A stretch of 64,000 nucleotides of DNA from Bdellovibrionales bacterium. Lineage in GTDB: Bacteria > Bdellovibrionota > Bdellovibrionia > Bdellovibrionales > UBA1609. Both the position numbers and the translations under genes were made by a program. The notes under the pieces are model-generated. The model was not told the origin of the DNA. It did not search any database and was given only the letters and a program-made list of their open reading frames with translations. Every line of letters starts with the position of its first letter. The stretch's first letter is position 1. This document shows, piece by piece, positions 1 to 9,987 of this stretch. Location: contig CBDHDF010000011.1 in NCBI GenBank assembly GCA_965261545.1, positions 768,001 through 832,000 on the forward strand. The letters are read 5' to 3'.

Positions 1-205
1 GATTTGTAACCTGAATTCTACAAAAATGGTAACAAGGTTCAGGTCTAAAGTCTAGAAGCTGACTTCAGAACAAATATAACGTGGTTTCAGACCTCTTTTG
101 AATTGAAAGAATTCAAAATCATTGTTACCATTGGTAACAATGTCTTATTTACATGAGCAAAAGAGAAACGGTAAAATTGTAACTGCTCACGGCTTGGCGA
201 TCTAC

Positions 206-370
206 TGCTGAATTTCACGAAATAGTCCCTATGGAGTGTCTCCCGATGGCGTCTTCAAATATCTGCTTTTGCATGGATTCTCCTTAAGTCGTCTTTCTTT
301 GCCTAAATGAACTTCCAGATATGGCTACTTTGATGGATTGAGAGGTTATGCGATCCATAATAGCTTCACA
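206..370 (-). mobile_element. Internally deleted, diverged relic of IS21-B (terminus plus istB 3' end)
   Basis: TGCTGAATTTCACGA matches the terminus at 51170. Bases 221-370 align, with mismatches, to ~51610-51770 (end of istB). The ~425 bp in between are missing. Confidence 0.75.
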
Positions 371-654
371 GATGACTTCCAGGAAATCATTCTGGACCGA
401 TACTCAGCGAGAAAAAGCACTCTTATTACCTCCAATCGTATCATTGAAGATTGGGGAAAGTGTTTGGGCGATAATACCGTGGCCTCTGCCATCCTGGATC
501 GCCTTCTCCACTGCAGCCAACTATTAAAATTTGAGGGAAAAAGCTACCGATTGAAGGAAGCTTCAAACCGACTTGTTAAGATAAAAAATTAAAGGTAGGG
601 TGAGCCCATCTTGTCAGATCGCCCTAAATGGATGGTTTTGATCCGCCCCTCGGG
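371..654 (+). pseudogene. istB: 3' fragment of an IS21 IstB ATPase plus the element right end (IS21-C type)
   Basis: Reads DDFQEIILDRYSARKSTLITSNR...WGKCLGD...AILDRLLH...FEGKSYR, the IstB C-terminus, stopping at 592. Bases 611-655 resemble the IS21-C left end (53754-53826) in inverted orientation. Confidence 0.8.
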
Positions 655-674
655 ATCTATGGAAAGAAAATTTT

Positions 675-1724
675 TTACTTTTTTGGGAGAGCCTTGATTT
701 CGTCTTCAGAAAGCCCTGTTGCTTCGGCTATCTCCAAAGCTTCCTGTCCTTTTAAAATCATCTTTAAAGCAATGGCCTCTCTCTCTTTCCTTCGCCCTTT
801 TTCAAGCCCTTCTTCAAGCCCTCTTTCAAGCCCTCTTTCAAGCCCTTTTTCAAGCCCTTTTTCAAGCCCTTCTTCACGCCCTCTTTCAAGCCCTTTTTCA
901 AGCCCTTCTTCACGCCCTTTTTCACGCCCTCTTTCAAGCCCTTTTTCAAGCCCCTCTTCATGGGCTGTGTCGATCTGTGACAAACGATCTCGACGCTGCT
1001 TATCTTCAGCTTCAAGTCGCTCTCGCATAAGTTCGTCTTGAGACAAGTTCCACAAATTTTTGACGGCTCTTCCCATGTCCCTTCCTTTTTTGGCTAGCTC
1101 TTGGCTGGTTTGTTGATTCAGCTCATCCGATCTCTTTAAGAAATAGCACCACGCTTCACGCTGGTCAACAAGGCTGTCTAATCTGCCAATGAACTTGTTC
1201 AATTCTACAATGACAAATTGCATACCATCGGTGAGTCTCAAATGAGGGTGTCTATCCTGCCTCATGCTGCATGTGTGGTAATAATCGTTGTCCTTGCGTA
1301 GCTCAGGAAGGTCCACAGTACTGAAAACAAGGGAGTAAACAGTTCTTAATTTCTCGTATTTTTCTCCTTCTTTCACTTGATTGGAGTAGACCCGTCCCGC
1401 ATAGGCAAGAAGGCGATTTGTAAGGTCTCTTTGGGAGACGGTTTGCATTTCCACGTTCACAGTTTCATCTTCGACCCATTCCCCACTGGATAATTGTCGA
1501 GAGATACGAAGCTTCATATCCAAGATGAAGGTTTTTCCCGAAGGCTTGCTCGCCTCTGAAGAGTTTTCTTCGGCATCTAACAACTGAACATGTTCCACCC
1601 GACAACCGGGTGGCAAAGGAAGAAAATCTTGCAACAAAGGCTTGAGCAAGTCCTGGTCGTGCTTAAAAAATGCTTTAAAAGTGTTATCAAGGGTTAAGCA
1701 AAGGGGAGGGAGGAATTTTTTCAT
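675..1724 (-). CDS. Rpn family recombination-promoting nuclease / PD-(D/E)XK nuclease-like putative transposase
   Basis: Has D-x-x-FK-x-x-F at the N-terminus, ILD...VNVEMQ...R...Y-x-x-x-x-Y, and VELNKF. It ends in GLEK/GREE repeats and an IAEATGLS-type HTH tail. Confidence 0.9.
   Translation of the reverse strand: MKKFLPPLCLTLDNTFKAFFKHDQDLLKPLLQDFLPLPPGCRVEHVQLLDAEENSSEASKPSGKTFILDMKLRISRQLSSGEWVEDETVNVEMQTVSQRDLTNRLLAYAGRVYSNQVKEGEKYEKLRTVYSLVFSTVDLPELRKDNDYYHTCSMRQDRHPHLRLTDGMQFVIVELNKFIGRLDSLVDQREAWCYFLKRSDELNQQTSQELAKKGRDMGRAVKNLWNLSQDELMRERLEAEDKQRRDRLSQIDTAHEEGLEKGLERGREKGREEGLEKGLERGREEGLEKGLEKGLERGLERGLEEGLEKGRRKEREAIALKMILKGQEALEIAEATGLSEDEIKALPKK
794..960. repeat. 12-bp tandem repeat encoding G(L/R)E(K/R/E) units in the Rpn C-terminus
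   Basis: About 14 imperfect units of the GCCCTCTTTCAA / GCCCTTCTTCAC type. Confidence 0.9.
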
Positions 1725-2003
1725 AAGTAAAAATTATGCATCTTGCTTTGGAGTAAAGTCAATGGCTGTTTTCATTTACAGTTGTAGCCTACAACTCTCT
1801 CCCCGTACTTTTTAAACGACTTTTCTGATCTCCGGGCATACGATATAGGCCATATGATTTCATTGGTTTTGTCTTTGGCATCTCATTTTCTCTACGAAGA
1901 TGAACCGCAGCCCGAGGGGCAGACCCGGAGGGCCGCAGAGAGAACTCTCCTCGGTATATCTCGTGGAGCATCTTGCATACTTTGTTGATTTTTTTGAAAA
2001 AAC

Positions 2004-2251
2004 GTAACTGCTCGTACCCCTTCTACACCAGACTTTTAGCCTAAAGACCATTTTTATACTAAAGTATTGATTCTCAAGCCTCCCCATTTAATAATTCTTT
2101 CGTGAATACAAGAAAACAATCCTTACGAAGCGAAATTGAAAACCTCCAGAAGGAATCTAAGAAGATTCTTTCTGACAAGAGTATCCCACGAGAGACTAAA
2201 CTATTTATTCAGTCCATGCTGACCATTCTCACAGTTGTAGTGACTTTATTT
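2004..2251 (+). pseudogene. Relic of an IS66 (ISBst12-like) element: left end plus first ~50 codons of TnpC
   Basis: GTAACTGCTC terminus at 2004. A GTG at 2102 opens MNTRKQSLRSEIENLQKESKKILSDKSIPRETKLFIQSMLTILTVVVTLF, which resembles the helical N-terminus of single-ORF IS66 transposases, then breaks off. Confidence 0.55.
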
Positions 2252-2331
2252 GGGTGTGCTAACGATATACTGTAGATTATATACCCACAGCGTCAATTTG
2301 TGCCCTCTTCAATCAGCATTTAGTCATAGGT

Positions 2332-3748
2332 CAATGCCGTTTCCTTAAGCCACCACACCCCTCTGCCTCTGCGTTAAGCTATTTCTTTTAAAAGAACTCC
2401 CAGCCCTTTTGATAGACCTTTCATAGCTTCTTTTGAAGTGCCTCCTCTTCTCCATTGAAATCTTCATCAGCAACTTTATCTGCTTCCTAAATTTCTGATA
2501 GAGCCCCGCAACAAAAAGAGGGATGCTATCCATTATGAAATCAAGAATCAGTTTAAAGTTAGGTTTTTTGTAGTCATTTTTCACCAACTGATTCACACTG
2601 TCTTCATCCTCATTTATGCTCATTTGAATCTTTGTATAATTGAAGAGCCAAAAATAAGAATACAGCTCTTGCAATATTCCATTAAGGCTTGTTGAGTGCC
2701 ACTGCTCCATTTTCATTGTCGATGTAAAATCACGAAATGTCGTTTCTATTTCCCAACGACGAGAGTAAAGAGCAACCATATCCTTCTTGTCCAAGGAGCC
2801 ATGCGGAAGATTAGTGGCCAAAACAGAGAACTCCCCAGTCTTTGGGTTTTTATACTTATAGAGATGAATGACCACCCCCTCAATAACCATTTGTGAATAC
2901 CAACCTGGGCCATTAAATAAATTTACGATGGGGATAAAAGTAGAGCCTCGCTTACAACGCGCAATAAAGAAGTTACTGGCTTGAGCATGGGCCTTAATAA
3001 TCTCTGTAGATAAATAAAGCCTATCGTAGAGAGTTATGCTATTACTCTCAAAACTACCTATCATTTGAATAGCATTGGCGATTTCGTTGAGAGCGGGAGA
3101 AAAGCAAAGATTCTTTGTCACACCCGATAAAACGTCATAAGCATGAGATAGATACATACGTAAGAAATGAGTTTCCATCTCATTTGGGCAAGGGTACCCA
3201 CAATAACCCTCCTTTAAAAGATCTTTAGAGCGAGGAAGTGCTAATTGGTCGCCATCTATGGCATAGATATAAAAACCATGAAACGTTTTTCTCAATGGTT
3301 CGTAGTCTGTAATCAGAGATTCAAAGATATCTTTGAAAAATAGGTAAGAAATACTTTGACGTATCTTGCTGAGACTGCTTTTGACTGGCATGAGAAGCAG
3401 GTCACCAAAATAAGTCCATACCGTCTTAAGAGCGATTTGGTAGCCTTCGTAATTTGTTCCTGAAATAAGATAGATAATGGTAAAAAAGAAAATTTGAGGA
3501 TTAAATTTTCGATTCCTTTTTTGTTTTTCTGGATCGACAAGGTGCTCTGGCTTGAAGGAAGAATCAAGTTTTGGTAGAATAAAATGGTCATCTGTGACGC
3601 GAACTCGTCATTTGGGGGCTTTCGAGATCAATATTGGATTGCATGTGACTTACTCCTTGGTTGAGGGTTGGGTGTAAAATAAAACAAGTCTTATTCTTGT
3701 CGATTTATCTAATGATTTCAAGAGATTTTTCTTAAGGAAACGGCATTG
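2332..3748 (-). mobile_element. IS4-family element A, copy 1 (1417 bp)
   Basis: Perfect 18-bp terminal IRs CAATGCCGTTTCCTTAAG. Near-identical to the copies at 18753 and 28245. No target duplication here. Confidence 0.93.
2345..3391 (-). CDS. IS4-family DDE transposase (open frame extends ~70 codons upstream of this ATG)
   Basis: AIDG, YDRLY and YSRRWEIETTFRDFT (YREK-like) motifs. Confidence 0.88.
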   Translation of the reverse strand: MPVKSSLSKIRQSISYLFFKDIFESLITDYEPLRKTFHGFYIYAIDGDQLALPRSKDLLKEGYCGYPCPNEMETHFLRMYLSHAYDVLSGVTKNLCFSPALNEIANAIQMIGSFESNSITLYDRLYLSTEIIKAHAQASNFFIARCKRGSTFIPIVNLFNGPGWYSQMVIEGVVIHLYKYKNPKTGEFSVLATNLPHGSLDKKDMVALYSRRWEIETTFRDFTSTMKMEQWHSTSLNGILQELYSYFWLFNYTKIQMSINEDEDSVNQLVKNDYKKPNFKLILDFIMDSIPLFVAGLYQKFRKQIKLLMKISMEKRRHFKRSYERSIKRAGSSFKRNSLTQRQRGVVA

Positions 3749-5684
3749 ACCACCTTGTGGAGTCCTACAGAGAAAAAGGCAAATCCAAAAAACGCATGCT
3801 CATGTCCTTAGGTAAGGCTGGAGAAGGAGGAGAGGATAAGATTAATAGTTTGGCGCAGGCCGTATCCCGCCACCGAGAGCTTCTCACTGTGAGTCAATTG
3901 GCTAAGGAGCTTTACATCGAAGAGACTTTCATTTTGGGTCCCTTGCTGATTTTACAAAAGTTGTTTGATCAACTGGGTATCAATAAGACCCTCAAAGACA
4001 TAAAAGATTCTCATGAGAAAGTTCAATTTGATTTATGTAAGGTGATTTTTACCTTAGTTGCCAGCCGATTTATTGCTCCTAGTTCCAAGTTAAAGGTTTT
4101 TGAGTATTGGCAAAAATCTTTTTACCCAGACATGATTAAGGGTGATTTGAGTCTCCAGCATATTTATCGGTCTATGGACTTACTTGCCTCCCATAAGGAT
4201 GAAATAGAGAACTCGCTTTATTGGGTGGGGCGAGATTTATTTAATTTCCAAGTAGACATTGTGTTGTATGATTTAACAACCTTACGCTTCGAGAGTACAA
4301 GAACAGACTTAGGGAAACTTCGTCAATTTGGCTATAGTAAAGAGAGACGATCAGACTGCACCCAAGTTGTCTTTGGTTTGTTGGTGAATCGGGATGGCAT
4401 CCCTTTAGGTTTTGAGGTTTTCCCTGGTAATACTTTTGAAGGCAAGACGCTTTCAGATATTGTTGATAAAATGAGAAAAAAGTTTAATGTACGCCGTTTC
4501 ATTTTTGTGGCTGATAGGGGGCTTTTATCAAAGGCTAATACTGACAAACTCAGTGAGGATCAAAGCGAGTTTATTGTTGGTATGAAGCTTGGATCTTTAA
4601 AAAAAGAAAAGAAACAAGAGGTCTATGATTTAAATCGTTTTAGCTGGGTATATGAGAATGAGCTTGCTGTTTACGAAACAGACCATGGGGGGCATAGATG
4701 TATTGTGACTTGGTCTAGGAAAAGAGCAGAGAGAGATAAAAAATCTAGAGAATCCCTTCTTGAAAAGATCGAAGGAAAACTATCTTCTAAAGGTGTTCAG
4801 TCTAGTACTTTTGTTTCCAATAAAGGTTATAAGAAATATGTAAAGATGGCTGACGACAAAAATAAAAAACCTGAATTAAATGCAGAACAAATAGAATTAG
4901 ATGAAAAAATTGATGGTTTTTTTGCCGTCCTTACAAATGTCAAAGACTTGACGGCAGATGAGATTATTATCAACTACAAAGAATTGTGGAAAATTGAAGA
5001 TGCTTTTGGTGAGTTAAAAGGGACTTTGAAAACACGTCCTGTTTTCCATTGGACAGACCAGAGGATTATTGGACATTTAACTCTATGCTTTTTAACTTAT
5101 CTTTGTGAGGCCCACCTTGTTAGCTGACAATTAAAATGCCCCACCGTCGCCAATGAAAAGTGGCCACTTTTCAGAGGAGGACCTATGGTGATTTTTGGCA
5201 TTGTCAACCGAGACGCATATAATCAATTGATATTACTCATAAAAAGGCTCCGAGCTGATAAGAACTCCTTTTGGGTTCTTGTCGACCTGGAAAGGGGCTC
5301 CGTGTTGGAGAGTCCTTCCATGACAGCCTATTCAGGTTCCATATTTGTCATTTGTAGACTGTTTCTGGATTTCAATGAGGTTAAATATATAGTCAAGAAA
5401 AGCCTGTTTAGGCTGTGCCCATTTTCTAAAGTATTTAAATTCCACAAGATTCCAACATTTGCCTCAATTTTCATGGAATTTCTTTCTGAAGACAGGCTTC
5501 CCTTAAAGCCGTCGCCAATTAAAATGTCCCACTTTCAATATGGAGGTTGTCGCCAATGAAAAGTGACCAATCTTCAGGGAGTGTTCAAATACTAGACAAT
5601 GAAGTCTCTTCTTCTGATATAGATACTAAGCTCACAGAGTCCCTCCCTTTTGCAACTCAAAAGGTTAGCAATGAGGAGGATCTT

Positions 5685-7181
5685 ATGATTAGTCAATACA
5701 CTTTCGGCCGCATTCGTGACCTGAGTCACAGTGGTAAAAATAAGACAGAAATATCTCGTGAATTAGGGATCAATCGTAAGACGGTGCGCAAGTACTGTGA
5801 GTCCAACACCCCACCGAAGTACAAGGCGAGGTCCAAAAGAACTCGCCCAGATCCCCTTAATGGATATATGGATCGGGTGAAGTACTTTTTGAAGTTGAAC
5901 CCAAGTAACACCGCCCGTGAAATATATGAGCTATTAGTTGAGGAGGGTTATCGTGGGAGTGAGAGAACGGTTCAGAGAAGAGTTTGTGAGATTCTTGGTT
6001 CTCGCCCCAAGGAGCGTTTTTTCAGCCAAAGATATGATCCTGGAGAACAGGCTCAGTTTGATTTTAAGGAGAAGGTTGCTTTACCATTTGCCGATGGTGT
6101 TCAGATCGTTCATCTCCATTTTGGAACATTGCCTTGTAGTGGCACCTGTTGGGTTCGTGCCTACCCCTTTCTTGTCTATGAGTGTTTCATCGATGGGGTG
6201 CATGCTTTTTTTGAAAAGATAGGTGGGATGAGTGCGAACATCCGTATTGATAATTTATCTCCCTGTGTGAAGAAAGTTCTTAAAGGAAATCAGCGAATTT
6301 ACACCCAATCTTTTGATCGAGCCATCCAATACTATGGATTTAAGGTTCTTCCCTGCCGCGCAGGGAAGGGCTCTGACAAGGGAGATGTGGAGCGTGATAT
6401 TCGAACCTTCAGTTCTCGGATAAAAAATATTGTTAGAAACAAAGGAATTGTTTTTAAAGACTGGGATCATTTGAATCAGTTTTTAGAGTCTTATATGGAT
6501 CAGCATCAGAGTGACTCCACCAAATCTCGCTTTGAGGAGGAGGCCAAAGTTCTTAAGCCTTTGCCTCCACGAGATGAAGATATTCTCTGTAAGGTGAATA
6601 TTTGTCAAAGTAATGGTTATGGGACTTTGAGAATAGGTAAAACCACATATTCCATACCTGATGAGGTGATCCAATCTCCCTGTAAAACCGTACAGGGTCC
6701 CTATCATGTCACGATCTATCGTGCAGGAGGGAAGCAAGAAATTGTCGCTCGCCATCAAAGAAAACCTGATGGGGAGCATAGTCTTCTTCTTGAACATATC
6801 CTTCCTTCTTTAGTTCGTAAGCCGCAAGCCATGGTAAGATGGGCTCACCGATCCATTCTTTTTCCAACAAATGTGTTTGAAAATTTTTATCAATACCTCA
6901 AGCAACAAGATTCAAGCCGTGCCGAGCATGAATATTTAAGAGTTATCAACTTGATTCAGCATGTGAGTTGGCAGGACTTATCTACAGCCATGGAGCTTCA
7001 ATTAGAAAGTCGTGAGATTTTCGACTTTAAATCCATAAAAGATTTGCTCTTAGGCAATCCCACCAAAATTAATTTGAATGACCAACAAAAACCACTTCAA
7101 CCTAGATTGTCTCAATATGACAGTCTTGTTCCAAACATAGGAGGTTCTCATAGGTGTTCGTGGTTTTTTATTCTTTCATAG
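5685..7181 (+). CDS. istA: IS21 transposase IstA (C-terminus extended 10 aa by the IS4-B insertion)
   Basis: N-terminal HTH (ISRELGINRKTVRKY), PGEQAQFDF, DNL and KGDVER motifs. GAGGAGG RBS precedes the ATG at 5685. Confidence 0.9.
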   Translation: MISQYTFGRIRDLSHSGKNKTEISRELGINRKTVRKYCESNTPPKYKARSKRTRPDPLNGYMDRVKYFLKLNPSNTAREIYELLVEEGYRGSERTVQRRVCEILGSRPKERFFSQRYDPGEQAQFDFKEKVALPFADGVQIVHLHFGTLPCSGTCWVRAYPFLVYECFIDGVHAFFEKIGGMSANIRIDNLSPCVKKVLKGNQRIYTQSFDRAIQYYGFKVLPCRAGKGSDKGDVERDIRTFSSRIKNIVRNKGIVFKDWDHLNQFLESYMDQHQSDSTKSRFEEEAKVLKPLPPRDEDILCKVNICQSNGYGTLRIGKTTYSIPDEVIQSPCKTVQGPYHVTIYRAGGKQEIVARHQRKPDGEHSLLLEHILPSLVRKPQAMVRWAHRSILFPTNVFENFYQYLKQQDSSRAEHEYLRVINLIQHVSWQDLSTAMELQLESREIFDFKSIKDLLLGNPTKINLNDQQKPLQPRLSQYDSLVPNIGGSHRCSWFFILS

Positions 7182-8420
7182 CAAGACCTTTTTAGCCATA
7201 TTCATTGATGTTTTTCGCCGTCGGTAGTTTGTGTCATAAATTTCATGGGAGAATATCTTGATCTTCTCTATCAAAATATTTAAATACTTTTGAGATGAGC
7301 TTAGGAGATATTTGATAAAATCAGAGGCTAATAAGACGGTAACCTTAGCAACTCTTTGAAACGATGTGGAGTCATTTTGTTCCTTATTGAGTTTAGTTCT
7401 TCCTATCCTCAAAACAACACTTGATGTGAGGTGAGCCGCTAATGAAGCAAGAAGAAGACTCTCTATGATATTTTGATCGTTTGAGGTGATCTGATTTGCA
7501 TTCAAAGAATTCTTACAAGATTTGAAAATAAGTTCACATTGCCAACGTAAACGATAAATTGGATATATGGACTCCGCTGCCACATCTAAATTCGTGCAAT
7601 ACCAATGATAGCGTTTTTCGGAGGAATTCCAGAAGCCTACAATTCTCAAACTTACCCATTTACCATTGGACAAGACACTGCCTATAAATTCAACAACATC
7701 GTTTTTTTTCTTGAGTTTAATATCAGAGAACTCTTTTCCAACATAGTAATCTGGCAAACCTTCAACAACAGCATCAATAAGAATAGAGGCATTTGACTTC
7801 ACTCTAGACAAGAAAAATCCTTTAGCTTCATGAATAGATGACAATAAGCCATAGTCCCAATATCCCAAATCAAAGATGACTAATTTTCCAACGAGTTCCT
7901 TTATATCAGGAAAGCACTTCCTATCGTTAGTGGAAGACGGAGTTAATTCGAACCAAGTCATTATACCACTGAATAAACTGAAACAAGCGTGCCATTTAAT
8001 TCCTGCGTTTGTTCTTGTCCCTGGAAAATTCTCAGATGCTCCATCCCAAAGGCTTATTGTGCTTGAGTCAACAAGAAGAACGTCTGAGACTCCCAGTTGT
8101 AATAATATGGCTTTGCTTCCATGAAAAGCTCCATGAGATAGCTTTATCATGAGCATTTCAACCAGTTTACTCAGAAGCTTTTTTAATCTTTTTCTAGAGA
8201 GTCTTTCCCAGAAGCTGTGTCTTTCAATTCTTAACCCTAAATGACTTATCATAAACCTCCTAATCCCCTCTATTGAATATGTCTTAGAGTCTCCCTGGAA
8301 TGACAAGACAAGAGCCACAATAAACTCAAGAGGTGGAATGGTTGCCCGAGAGTCCTTTTCAGGAATAACTTTCTTGAAACATTTTTTGATCGTTTTAAGT
8401 GTTTGAGCTTCCGTGCTCAT
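7176..8420 (-). CDS. IS4-family transposase
   Basis: LVDSST, FDLGYW and YRLRWQCELIFKSCK motifs. Confidence 0.92.
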   Translation of the reverse strand: MSTEAQTLKTIKKCFKKVIPEKDSRATIPPLEFIVALVLSFQGDSKTYSIEGIRRFMISHLGLRIERHSFWERLSRKRLKKLLSKLVEMLMIKLSHGAFHGSKAILLQLGVSDVLLVDSSTISLWDGASENFPGTRTNAGIKWHACFSLFSGIMTWFELTPSSTNDRKCFPDIKELVGKLVIFDLGYWDYGLLSSIHEAKGFFLSRVKSNASILIDAVVEGLPDYYVGKEFSDIKLKKKNDVVEFIGSVLSNGKWVSLRIVGFWNSSEKRYHWYCTNLDVAAESIYPIYRLRWQCELIFKSCKNSLNANQITSNDQNIIESLLLASLAAHLTSSVVLRIGRTKLNKEQNDSTSFQRVAKVTVLLASDFIKYLLSSSQKYLNILIEKIKIFSHEIYDTNYRRRKTSMNMAKKVLL

Positions 8421-8525
8421 ATTTGCCCCCTGCGTTTAAAAAATAAAAATTTCCTCCAATTAATCTTGACCTATTAAGATACTAACGCGAGAATCATTAA
8501 GTCTGTAGATAACTCACTTGTATCT

Positions 8526-8849
8526 ATGCGGATTCATTGTATTCGACAGGAGCAAAAAATAGCAATGATTTTTGGACTTTTAATATTACTTTCTTTGGGA
8601 TCCTTTATATCTCTTTTTATTTCCTTATTGGTATTTGGATTTGGTTATTTACTGGCACTCATCCTCCCATTAACTCAGATGCAAGCATCTTATTTGTTTT
8701 TTGCTTCACTCACACTTTTGGTTCTTACATGTATTTTTATGATGCTCATATCTCAATTTAAAAATCGTTACTTTCACCAGAATCTAGGAGATATTCTTTT
8801 TGATAATTTGGATGAGGATTTGGAAGATGAAAAGAAAAAAAAATTGTAA
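8526..8849 (+). CDS. Small hypothetical membrane protein carried inside IS4-B
   Basis: Two hydrophobic stretches and an acidic-then-basic tail. The true start may be the ATG at 8565, after AGGAG. Confidence 0.55.
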   Translation: MRIHCIRQEQKIAMIFGLLILLSLGSFISLFISLLVFGFGYLLALILPLTQMQASYLFFASLTLLVLTCIFMMLISQFKNRYFHQNLGDILFDNLDEDLEDEKKKKL

Positions 8850-9177
8850 CTGAAGATATGTCGGCATCACAGCAGAAAAATGACCAAAGCGAAAAAATTG
8901 AAAGAAATCAATCCTGTCCATGCGGAAGTGGAAAGAAATTTAAATTCTGTTGTTCCCAAAAGTCCACAGTTCTTTCGTTACACAATTAAGTCTCTTAAAA
9001 CACATGGCTTGTCGTGGATATCAAATGTCAATCTGCGTCCATTTCTCAAAATACCATCTATAAATATTTATAAATCGCCCACTTCCCTCTATGTAAAAAA
9101 GGAGGCTTGAAAAGTATTTCCATTAATTCGGAATTAAAATTAGAAAAAAACCACGAACACCTATGAGGAGGTTCTTA

Positions 9178-9960
9178 ATGAATCACGAAGAACTTATAGG
9201 TTCTCTTAAAAAACTCCGACTTCCAGCGATGGCGGATGAATATGTTGCAACGGCTAGAGTTGCCGAAAAAACAAAAAAGACGTATGAACAGTATTTAGGT
9301 ATACTCGTTCAAAATGAGCTTGCTGACAAGCATTCCCAGAGAGTGAAAAGATTGCTTAAGGGGGCCAAGCTTCCTCAACTTAAATCACTCCAAACTTATA
9401 ACTTCCAGAAAAGAACGGGAGTGACAGCTCAGAAAATTAATCGGATGGCAGAGGGAGAGTGGGTCAGAAAAGCCTGTAATGTTGTGTTTTACGGAAGCTT
9501 TGGAATGGGGAAAAGTCATTTGGCCATGTCCCTAGTTCGTTCACTCTGTGAACAAGGCTATCGATGTTTATGGGTCACCACTCATGAACTTATTGAAACA
9601 ATGCGTGAAAGCAAGAAAGAACTCTCATTGAATGCTCTTTTTAAGAAATTAGACCGTTTTGATCTTATTGCTTGTGATGAACTTGGCTATACAGCTTCCT
9701 GCACAGAGGGTGCTGATCTTTTCTTTCAATTCATATCTCAGCGATATGAAAGGAAAAGTCTCATGATCACTACAAACTTAACTTACTCTGAATGGGATAA
9801 GGTGTTTCTTAACCCTATTACCACCGCTGCTGCTGTTGATCGAATTATTCACAACTGTGAAACCCTCAACATTGAAGGAAAAGAAAGTTGGAGAACCGAA
9901 TCCGCAAAAGCCAAGTCTAAACAGAGCAAAGAGGAAAGTTCAACCAAAGAAGTTCATTAG
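9178..9960 (+). CDS. istB: IS21 helper ATPase IstB
   Basis: LRLP start, Walker A GSFGMGKSH, DELGY, ITTNL and AAVDRIIH motifs. Confidence 0.95.
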   Translation: MNHEELIGSLKKLRLPAMADEYVATARVAEKTKKTYEQYLGILVQNELADKHSQRVKRLLKGAKLPQLKSLQTYNFQKRTGVTAQKINRMAEGEWVRKACNVVFYGSFGMGKSHLAMSLVRSLCEQGYRCLWVTTHELIETMRESKKELSLNALFKKLDRFDLIACDELGYTASCTEGADLFFQFISQRYERKSLMITTNLTYSEWDKVFLNPITTAAAVDRIIHNCETLNIEGKESWRTESAKAKSKQSKEESSTKEVH

Positions 9961-9987
9961 AGATCCCCACTTTTGGGGAAGGAACTC

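Larger units (their letters stand above)
7149..9165 (-). mobile_element. IS4-family element B (2017 bp) with passenger ORF
   Basis: IRs CATAGGTGTTCGTGGTTTTTT. The 10-bp TSD AGGAGGTTCT lies at 7139-7148 and 9166-9175. Confidence 0.93.

Noticed and set aside
338..592. 84-aa ORF as a real gene
   Set aside because: A chimera of an antisense IS21-B relic fused to the 3' end of another istB.
628..1041. ORFs 628-1041, 719-1030 and 764-1015
   Set aside because: Shadow frames of the 12-bp repeat in the Rpn gene.
5185..5559. 124-aa ORF in the IS21-A leader and the 46-codon N-terminal extension of istA
   Set aside because: It overlaps terminal repeat arrays and has no recognisable motif. A better RBS and ATG for istA lie at 5685.
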